From a bacterium (GTDB lineage: Bacteria > UBA8248), in assembly GCA_965200245.1 (NCBI GenBank), contig CBDATS010000004.1, positions 672,001 to 736,000 on the forward strand: a stretch of 64,000 bases of DNA. Reading direction: 5' to 3'. A program made the translations under genes and the position numbers. Shown here piece by piece: positions 56,201 to 64,000 of this stretch (positions within the stretch are counted from its first letter, which is position 1; every line of letters starts with the position of its first letter). Under the pieces are notes generated by a model that was given only the letters and a program-made list of their open reading frames with translations, made no database searches and was not told the DNA's origin.

Positions 56201-56571
56201 ATTTGGCGGCGCGTGCTTGGTATTGGTTTATTGACTTAATGCGTCCTCATGACGCCTTCGCAACTGAAGTCGTAGGCAATTTTCCTGAAGTCCTTGAGCC
56301 CAATAAGATATATTTGATTGGCCGCAACTCAGTTCTATGGTTCGCTGCTCTAGTCTGCCCATGCGGTTGTGGAGCATCTATTCAACTGAGTCTCATAAAA
56401 GATGATAACCCGCGATGGCGCGCAAAGCGTCATTTCAACGGCACGGTTACTCTTGAACCATCTATTTGGAGAAAAAAAGGGTGCCGAAGCCACTTCTTCC
56501 TTAGGCACGGTCGGATTATTTGGGGATCAAGAAAACTCAACGCCAAATTACCAAGAAATGTGAGACGCTAG
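56197..56571 (+). CDS. DUF6527-like Cys/His metal-binding protein
   Basis: CPCGCG...L.PSIW...GCRSHFFL..G.I.W; GTGA overlap with the E1 gene. Confidence 0.85.
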   Translation: MNLAARAWYWFIDLMRPHDAFATEVVGNFPEVLEPNKIYLIGRNSVLWFAALVCPCGCGASIQLSLIKDDNPRWRAKRHFNGTVTLEPSIWRKKGCRSHFFLRHGRIIWGSRKLNAKLPRNVRR

Positions 56572-56780
56572 TTTAGTTCTGTACAGTGATGTATTCATTT
56601 TACTTTCATCCCCTCTCGGTTTTACCACCGCGCCGTAGATATCTGCCCTGAACCCTTGGCGACTTGCTTACGAGGAGGCCAGTGTAAGCAGTAGTTCGTG
56701 ACCTCACTCCTGCTCCGGCGAGAGGCTGGGTCGCTGATTGTTGTTAGCCATGCTGGGGACAGTTCGCAGAACAGGGAGCC

Positions 56781-57035
56781 GTGTCGAGCAGGAGATCATG
56801 GCTGAAAGAAAGGGGCGCAACTTCGTCTGTGACTGAAATAATTGACTGCCCTTCATATAAAGCTATTATCGCATTGGGAGAGAAGGCAGTTCCTCTCATT
56901 TTGAAGCAACTGGAAATGGAAGGCGATGACCCGGACCATTGGTTTCATGCCCTGACTGCCATTACAGGTGAAGACCCGCTCACGGACGATATTCGAGGGG
57001 ACATGAAAAGAATGGCTGAAGCGTGGCTCGCTTAG
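56781..57035 (+). pseudogene. helical hypothetical protein, partial
   Basis: PSY.AII..GE.AVPLIL..L....HWF.AL..ITG.DP; no clean start. Confidence 0.5.
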
Positions 57036-57045
57036 GGAAAGGATA

Positions 57046-57420
57046 GTGCCTTCTCTGCATGAATCAAATGAATTTCCGTACCTGAGACCAGAAACAGATA
57101 AAATCACAAGTCCTCAGACACCAGGTTATAATTGCATCGCTTGGGCCGTCGGTTTGCAAGTCGTTGGTGGTGGCCTGTTCCTTATAGTTATTGGCCGCCT
57201 GGTGTACCTAGAGAAGAAAGTATCGGTGCTTCTGTAGCCGCTTTTGAAAAACAAGGATACGAATTGTGTGATGATGCCGGAATGAACCGGTCTTCGAGAA
57301 GATAGCACTGTTCGCAATAGAATCAGAAGATGGACGTTACAACCTACCCACGCTGCCAGACACCTTGAAAATGGATGTTGGACGAGTAAATCAGGGCCCT
57401 GAAGAAGATATTGAACATTA
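57046..57420 (+). pseudogene. papain-like Cys/His protein (DUF7689-like), frameshifted
   Basis: YNCIAWA / WWWP / THAARHLENG.WTSK / EDIEH spread over different frames. Confidence 0.55.
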
Positions 57421-57597
57421 CATGCTGGAATCGAGGCTTTCCTTGCTCATGTCACATTTCTTTTCTGCGGCCCATGGATTGTCAATCCAGTCCTGATCCG
57501 TTAGTCTTGCCATTATCTTCCCCCCCGTTTCGTCGTCCTCGTCGTTTCCTTGCCTTTGATTTCTCACGTCTTAACCGCTCTGCCCTGAGTTTGGGAA

Positions 57598-58281
57598 TTA
57601 TGTACTTGACTTACCAAAGCCAGGATAAATTTTCTCGACTCTATCCCAATAACCAGAGTCTGGAGGATCATGATGTGCACTCCTGGGACCAAGTATGTAT
57701 TCCATGTCTTCATCGTAATCATAACTTTGTGGGTTTTCCTTGGCATAACACATGGCATAGCCCAATAGATCGAGTACCCGTTCCTTTTTCCTGTGAGGCT
57801 CCTTGTTCAATTCCGTCCAAGGCATCCCGGCATATTTGCCGCCTTCATAGTTGGGAAAGACCTTTTTACGAAGAAAATGACAGGAATTTTCCCATTCATC
57901 CAAAGAAACGGAAGCATATTCGAGGGCGAGTTCAATAACGCAGGTATTCTCTGAATAACTGTCTGCTATCGCCTGTAAATTTGCGAAACGTTCGGGATCC
58001 TGAACCAGTTCTATGGCATCTTCAAAAATCATATGAAAAGGGCGTTGCCAATTAGCACAATATTCCTCTACTGCGTCCCTGCACAATTCTGCAATTTTTT
58101 CTTCTCGCTCTTTCGTGGGCAGATGCCTGTATTCCTCTTCCATTCGTTTTATTTGTTGTTCCATGAATGGTGAGAGTATTATAGGACGCAACTGTGCTAT
58201 TCTTTCCCTTCGTTCTTCAGCATCCATGTGCCCATATTTTTCTTTCAGTTCTTTTGTTCGTTGTCTATATGCCTCGTTCAT
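57598..58281 (-). CDS. hypothetical protein with N-terminal internal repeat
   Basis: EKYGHMDAEERRERIAQL / EEYRHLPTKEREEKIAEL; GAGG RBS. Confidence 0.7.
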   Translation of the reverse strand: MNEAYRQRTKELKEKYGHMDAEERRERIAQLRPIILSPFMEQQIKRMEEEYRHLPTKEREEKIAELCRDAVEEYCANWQRPFHMIFEDAIELVQDPERFANLQAIADSYSENTCVIELALEYASVSLDEWENSCHFLRKKVFPNYEGGKYAGMPWTELNKEPHRKKERVLDLLGYAMCYAKENPQSYDYDEDMEYILGPRSAHHDPPDSGYWDRVEKIYPGFGKSST

Positions 58282-58596
58282 ATCTCTCTCATGCCCCTCA
58301 TGCCTCGTTTTTTCTCAGGTCGCAACCGCATACGAATGCCGGACAGTTCAAACACTCCGTATTATGCCCAAGATGCTTCGATCTATAAGCTTTCCTAGCT
58401 CTGAGCAGATACGAATCTCATCGAAGGGAAAGCGCTTTTCGCGGACAAGGCACTCGGAGAGTAGCGGGTGGTTGAAGTGTAGTAGTCGTTAACTGCCAGG
58501 TTCCTGCAGACAGTTTCGTCCTGACCGTTATCATGCCAGGCCATCCTCGCAGTTACGTGCCACATCGCTCTTCCTCCCGCTTGCCCTTGCCTGTCT

Positions 58597-59413
58597 TTAC
58601 TGCGAGTTTCCTCCGCTCCTGGTGTCGCCCTTCCATGGGTCGCCCGGTAATCGCGCGATCAGCCGGGAGCGGACGCTCTCGGCGGCCTTTTCACCATCCC
58701 AGGAAAATCCAATGGCGAGAAGCGGGCCGATGTCGGCATTAAATTGCGTATCGCGCAACTTCGCTTCGATGTTCTGATCGAGCCGGGCACGCGTCACGTC
58801 GTGGCCGCCTCGCTCCATATACTTCGAAAACGCGGCAACAACCCGATCCGGGTCGAGCGCCGTTTCCTCGAGTGCGACCGCAAGATCGAAAAGATCGCGG
58901 CCTTTACGGCGCTGGTAGAGAGCCCGCAGCCTGGTGGCCGGCAACTCCTCGAGCACATACGTGGTGATCTCGCTGCGGCCCTCGAACCAGCGCGGGGAGA
59001 CAGTGAACGGCAGCCGCGTGTACCCGCGAATTAATTTCCACCTTCAGCCGGAGCGGAAGGGGCGGCACATCCTCGGACTCGAAGCGGTAATTGAACGTCA
59101 CGCGCCCTTCGGTCTATTTGTATTGTGGTTTCCCAAGCCAGGGATCCAGCACTTCCCGAACCGCGTCCATCATCGGCCCGGCTGGCCCGGCCCTGACCTG
59201 TACAAGATCGATGTCCTCCGAATAGCGTGCCGGAGGATGAATGTGTAGTCTGTAGAGTGCCGTACCGCCACGGAAGGCCAGCGCTTCTTTAAGGAGCGGG
59301 TGATGGAAAATCGCAATCAACGCCCGGCTGATGACTGGGTCTTGCTCGACCTGGGAATCCTGCACCCATGGCGCCTGCGCCCGCCACTCGGTGATAAAGT
59401 CGCGCGGGATCAC
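58597..59413 (-). pseudogene. AbiEii nucleotidyltransferase toxin, split
   Basis: QVEQD..ISRAL, AFRGGTAL, RYSEDIDL; TAG at 59114; LKVEIN; frameshift; RALYQRRKGRDLFD. Confidence 0.85.
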
Positions 59414-60213
59414 AAGTCCGGCTCCACGACGGCGTTGACGGAAAGCTTCCAGTCCGCATCGCGAGGCGCTTCTTCGCTGGATGCACCAGGGACAAGCGGA
59501 ACCGTTCGTCGGGCTTCACTCTCGACATAGGCTTTCAGAGGAGCGATTCGTTCACGTGCATCGACAAGCACGAGCAGGTATCCAAGCCTCTGCGCCCACG
59601 TAATCGGCGCGGTCTTCGCTGCCGCCACCAGTTTTTGGGGATCGATCTGCCCCGCGAGTTCGGAGAGGATGGTCGCCACCTGGTCGAGCCCGCCCACGTG
59701 GTGGTGATAGCCGACGAGATCGACGGCCGTTGCTTCAGGTGTCGAAACCCGGATCGTGCCACGAGGCGTGTTGAAGGTTTGTACGGATATATTCCGAAGG
59801 CGCTTGCGGACGATGAATACCACGCGCACCCGGCCGCAATGGATCGGCCGGCGGACCTCCTCGATCAGCACCTGGAATTCCTGGGGCCGGTGATGGGCCG
59901 CGCCGTGGTATTGCGCGGCTGAAAGCAACCCGGAATAGTAGGGTCGCCCGAGCCGCTGCATCAGCGCCGGGATGAACTGGTCCGCTGGCAGACATTCCAG
60001 AGAGAGGTATTCCGGCGGAACGATTACATGGAAGCCACGGGCGGGCTGGGCGATCATGTTCTGCCGGGACAGCCGGTTCAGGGCGAGTTTGGCGGCGTCC
60101 GCGGACACGCCGAGCACCTCACGAGCTTCACTCGAAGTAAAGTCATAGCGCCCGGCAGCGAGGAGGTCTCTGATATAATCTTTGGCATATAGTCGGCGTG
60201 AACTTATTATCAT
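59410..60213 (-). CDS. AbiEi antitoxin
   Basis: PARGF.VIVPPEY, YY.GLLSAAQYHGAAH, STPEATAVDL. Confidence 0.88.
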   Translation of the reverse strand: MIISSRRLYAKDYIRDLLAAGRYDFTSSEAREVLGVSADAAKLALNRLSRQNMIAQPARGFHVIVPPEYLSLECLPADQFIPALMQRLGRPYYSGLLSAAQYHGAAHHRPQEFQVLIEEVRRPIHCGRVRVVFIVRKRLRNISVQTFNTPRGTIRVSTPEATAVDLVGYHHHVGGLDQVATILSELAGQIDPQKLVAAAKTAPITWAQRLGYLLVLVDARERIAPLKAYVESEARRTVPLVPGASSEEAPRDADWKLSVNAVVEPDL

Positions 60214-60561
60214 GTGCGCAAAGTGTCATTTTTTGATTCTTTATGCAATTAGATTGAACCTTCCTCACGCTGTAACGGTTTTGGATAGGACCAGGATTGG
60301 TGTGCATGTCCTGACAATACGAATATCAACATGACTTCAGGGCTGGGAGAATCGACTCGATGTATCTAAACTCTGGGCACAACCAGTCGGTGCGAGCATA
60401 TTGCAGGATGAGAGTATCGAGTTGAATAGACTAGCCGACAGTTCCCAATGATATGGATAGAGAAGAGGATTACACTTCCGACAATAACACCTCGCCACGT
60501 CTATATGAGCGGACCCTGGTGTCCATCCTGGGGTTTGGAGGGCACTCAGCGGTGAATCTGT

Positions 60562-62844
60562 TTATTCATTCCCGCTTTCTTCTTGAAACGTGTTCACAAG
60601 CTCCACCATCGCCTTATAATGTCCATCGTCTTGTGATTTCATCAGTTCCAAGAGATATTGAAGCACAAAGGGAGCTTCAGAAAGTAGATACGGATCATGC
60701 TCCGGCTCAGCGATGGAATCGTTATGGGAATTTGTGTGCAAGAACCCTAAAATCCGTGTTTTCTTAGCTTCATCGAAGTCCACTTCTTTTAGCTTCTTCC
60801 ATAAATCACCACCCACTTGAGGTCGACGGAATGCGAGAAACCCTTCCAAAAGGCGTGCCAGGTTTGGAAACACATAATTCTCCTCAAGTGCTCTCTCTTG
60901 AGATTCTCGTGCCTCGTGGTAGATACGAACGAAAAGATAGTGATAATCAGATTCGTACCTCTCAAGAAGCGGGTCCAGCCAACATAAAGTCGAAGAACGC
61001 TGACCCTCATCAAATTTCCACTCAAGCATGTAGAACCGAGCAGGGCGTTGGTTAGGATCTCTTTTCCTTTGCCCTGGTAAATGGTGGAACCAATTCCTTA
61101 CCTGTCTAAAGAAGGTGAAATTATGCGTCAGAATGAACAATTGTGCTGCATTTTGTGTGCGTTCTTTGATAAAGCCGAAAGCAAGGTAGAGGGCATTGGC
61201 ATCAAGACTGGAAACAGGATCATCCAGCACCACTACGCCGTTGGTCAAGTCGAAATCCTGATCTTGAAGAGATTTTAGAAAATAGAGTAAGGCGATAGCT
61301 GTGGTTTCCCCTTCGCTCAGGGCCTTTGCCGGAGTGCCGTTTCGTGTGATCTCATAACCCGTATCCTTAACGTCTAATCGCAACTCTCTATGACCGAGGT
61401 ATTTTTGAATATCATCCTTGAGTTCCTCGGCTGGCTTGCGGTGCTGCACAATATCGCGCTCAAGCTGTGCGATTTTCTCTTGAAGATGAACTACCTCGCC
61501 GGATGCTTCGGCGACAGCCGAATCGGACTCCTTGATACCATTTTGCAATTTGCAAAACTCCTCCGATGCAGACGAGACCAAGTGGTTCGCCAAACGGCAC
61601 CTCGCCGTAGCTACTTGGGCATTAAAATTGTCACACCTGGCGTTATGCTTTTCCAAAATGTTGTTCACACTATCAATGATGCCAAGTTCCACTTGTGGCA
61701 TGGACATATCAAGGGTGTAACTTTCAAAGACCCGCTCTTTTTTCCTTTCCAGCGTTTTGACTAGTTCGCCGAGAAAGCTCCTTATTTTACCTAATACTTC
61801 ATTAAACCTACGACGAACAATTTCGTAATACTCAGCAAGATCGTCGTAGAATTGGGCGGGAACCGGAAGTGACAAGTTTGTAGCAGCCTCTGACGCATTT
61901 TGAAGATGTTCGATTTCCGCATCAACACTTTCCAAAAATTGGCCATACTCGGCACTGAAGTGGGCATTGAGACTTAATAGTCGATTTTCCGGAAGCTTTT
62001 GCTCGCAGAAGAGGCACTCGCTGGCGTGACGCGACTGATGTAGGCCAAGGCCTTGACGGACCCAAGATGATAGCTCTTGATCTTCTTTTAGCGATTGGAT
62101 GGCCTCTGAAACGACCGTTTTCTTCAACAAGTTCGACACTATTTCCATCCGGACTGGAAACGAAGGAAACTGATACGAAATCTCATCTAACCTTTCTTTC
62201 TTTGTGGCCTGATGTTGCGCTCTTGCTTTTTCTCTTTCATCTTCACTTAATTGGTGCGAAATTGCCTCTCCCGAATCCCGCATGGTCTGTGCCAATTGGC
62301 GATAATCGGCTTTATCGAAATTGTTGTAAACATTATCCCCTGATGATCTAAGTGTTTGCTTGATACGTCTCGCTTGCTCTATGCAATGCCGATCAAAGAG
62401 ATTTTTGGCGCTTGATTCCTGTTCTCTATTTTGCTGTAGCTTTAAATTTGCTTGCTGAAGTTTAGCATTGAGTCGATCGATTTCTTTTTGTTTTTCAACG
62501 CTTTCTTCGCCGAGTACAAAAATCGGGGGTATTTCGCCACCACCCGTCTGAAAAACACTATCCGCTATGAAGTCACGGTTAAACACGCGGATAGGGAGTG
62601 TCGATTGCTCGAAATTAGAACCATTAACATGATTCCCATTAATCGACAGAACTACATCGCATTCTGATTCGAGAGATTCTTGTTTCTCAACAGCATGGAA
62701 GATTCTGCTGAGAGTTGTTTTTCCTGACCCGTTCCAGCCATAAATCAAGTTATAATGCCCGAAGTTATACATTTCTCCCGGCCAAGTGAAATCGCGCAGG
62801 ACTCCAGGATGTTTTAATTTTATAATTCGCTCTATATTGCTCAC
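60562..62844 (-). CDS. AAA_13/RloC-like ABC ATPase with zinc hook and C-terminal HEPN-like domain
   Basis: GWNGSGKT, VFNRDF, CLFC, LSEGE, VLDDPVSSLD, LTHN, RLLEGFLAF...FLHTNSH. Confidence 0.85.
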   Translation of the reverse strand: MSNIERIIKLKHPGVLRDFTWPGEMYNFGHYNLIYGWNGSGKTTLSRIFHAVEKQESLESECDVVLSINGNHVNGSNFEQSTLPIRVFNRDFIADSVFQTGGGEIPPIFVLGEESVEKQKEIDRLNAKLQQANLKLQQNREQESSAKNLFDRHCIEQARRIKQTLRSSGDNVYNNFDKADYRQLAQTMRDSGEAISHQLSEDEREKARAQHQATKKERLDEISYQFPSFPVRMEIVSNLLKKTVVSEAIQSLKEDQELSSWVRQGLGLHQSRHASECLFCEQKLPENRLLSLNAHFSAEYGQFLESVDAEIEHLQNASEAATNLSLPVPAQFYDDLAEYYEIVRRRFNEVLGKIRSFLGELVKTLERKKERVFESYTLDMSMPQVELGIIDSVNNILEKHNARCDNFNAQVATARCRLANHLVSSASEEFCKLQNGIKESDSAVAEASGEVVHLQEKIAQLERDIVQHRKPAEELKDDIQKYLGHRELRLDVKDTGYEITRNGTPAKALSEGETTAIALLYFLKSLQDQDFDLTNGVVVLDDPVSSLDANALYLAFGFIKERTQNAAQLFILTHNFTFFRQVRNWFHHLPGQRKRDPNQRPARFYMLEWKFDEGQRSSTLCWLDPLLERYESDYHYLFVRIYHEARESQERALEENYVFPNLARLLEGFLAFRRPQVGGDLWKKLKEVDFDEAKKTRILGFLHTNSHNDSIAEPEHDPYLLSEAPFVLQYLLELMKSQDDGHYKAMVELVNTFQEESGNE

Positions 62845-63194
62845 GCGTTTCCTCCCGATAGCTTCTCGGCACTTTGAGTTACGGTTAATCGATTATCCTC
62901 TAGAGCACCATTACATACATCGACAGCAACCCTTATCTTCTACCAAATCTTGTCAATGAAAAAAGTCAAAAGAGGAAGCGATCAGATTTGTTTTCTATAT
63001 TTGTCGTGAATTTGATATTCAAGCCGGTCACCCTGCATTAGCTGATGGAGTGATACACAATGAACTCTTGATACTTACAGGTTTCATCCAGAAAAAAGTC
63101 TTAATTTGAAAAAATGGCGAGCATTCACAATCGGATTGATCGATTTCTGCAAGAAGCGAGATTTGAAAGGGGCCAGAGAATTTGGAAAAGACTT

Positions 63195-63508
63195 TTACGC
63201 CACCAACTCGTTAAAACGCTTTTCAAATAGCTTTGAGTTGTTGAACAGATACGCGACTTTCAACGATCCTTGAGTTACAGATCGCATCAGTATACCGGCG
63301 TCCCAGATACGACCATTATCGATCAGGATAAGTACACGCTGCCAGATGTCCTGAGACAGGCGGTATACAAAGCACCTATGGCGAAGGACTCGGCATCGTT
63401 CCACCTTTCACTGTCAGGTAACTGTCTTGTCAAAGAAACGATACCTGCCAAAGCGCGATCACAATCTCTGACAAAGCCCGACAGCTGGGTGCAATACTCT
63501 CGATTCAT
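63195..63508 (-). pseudogene. frameshifted hypothetical protein
   Basis: Two consecutive short frames (63323..63508, 63195..63404) read as one helical protein. Confidence 0.4.
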
Positions 63509-63835
63509 TCACGACGATACCTTCCTGCTTCGCTTTTTCCAGAAGACCAACCAGAACCATGCTTTGCTTCTCAGAAGGAATCTTTCCTGAAATCTGCGCA
63601 GCAATCTGCAGGATTCCTGTTTCCTTTTCCGTCAACAGCCCTTTTTCCTGCGCTCTCTGCAATAAGCTCTGCCATTTTGGTCCGGATATCTCCACCACCT
63701 TTTTCTGAGCCTCGATATTGTTATCAATTTTCTGTGTCTTACGGGCTGATTTCTTTTCTTCAACGATTTCGCTTTTTGCAATCAGCTCTGACTCAAATTC
63801 TGCTGGCAGAATACGCTCTGCTTCGGTCCAGTCAG
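63459..63835 (-). pseudogene. AIPR-family protein C-terminal fragment
   Basis: KIDNNIEAQKKVV...W...LLTEKE.GIL......KIPSEKQ. Confidence 0.55.
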
Positions 63836-64000
63836 GCGTTGCCACTCTACGACGTGCTGGCTCAAGAGACTCACGTCATCCGGCCAGAACTGATGGTGCC
63901 TGGTCTCGGTCACCTGGTGAAGACGGTCAGCAATCTCAAACAATGGCAACGCATTAGGGTAGCCTGGTTGTGACATGATTCCGAGACAACCGTTCTGCGT
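63835..64000 (-). pseudogene. VapC/PIN toxin internal fragment running off the window edge
   Basis: SQPGYPNA...L......HQFWPDDVSLL. Confidence 0.55.

Noticed and set aside
54148-56571. CBASS type II or thiamine/molybdopterin sulfur-transfer interpretation
   Set aside because: No CD-NTase, effector or cofactor biosynthesis genes nearby; domain pairing (Ubl-E2, JAB-E1) differs from Cap2/Cap3

Overview
This is a bacterial chromosomal window with a conserved high-GC core (about 9.4-26 kb): a DEDD exonuclease, tatB-tatC-pyrF, ccdA, a class V aminotransferase-serA-hisZ-purA operon, ppk2, arfB, msrA and two hydrolases. The gene order suggests a Deltaproteobacteria/Nitrospinota-like host, possibly a symbiont (inference only). 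Eroding accessory DNA flanks the core. The left end (1-9.4 kb) has a dense array of paralogous ~60-aa antitoxin-like ORFs beside a YafQ-like toxin, a decayed T4-type gp13 neck gene, exonuclease I and two toxin-antitoxin (TA) pairs. The right side (26-64 kb) is a defence/mobile-element graveyard: IS1, IS256 and IS1595 remnants, Panacea, two AbiE pairs, MNT-HepT, HipA, AAA/OLD-like ATPases, SNF2, MvaI/BcnI, an RloC-like nuclease, AIPR and a TbpB-like surface lipoprotein. The most striking intact module is at 51.1-56.6 kb. A ubiquitin-like conjugation operon (Ubl-E2 fusion, JAB-E1 fusion, DUF6527-like Cys protein) is transcribed divergently from a sigma factor, a small partner gene and a Thr1/Asp17/Lys proteasome-beta-like Ntn hydrolase. 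No rRNA, tRNA or CRISPR array was seen. All family calls come from motif recognition by eye, not database searches.
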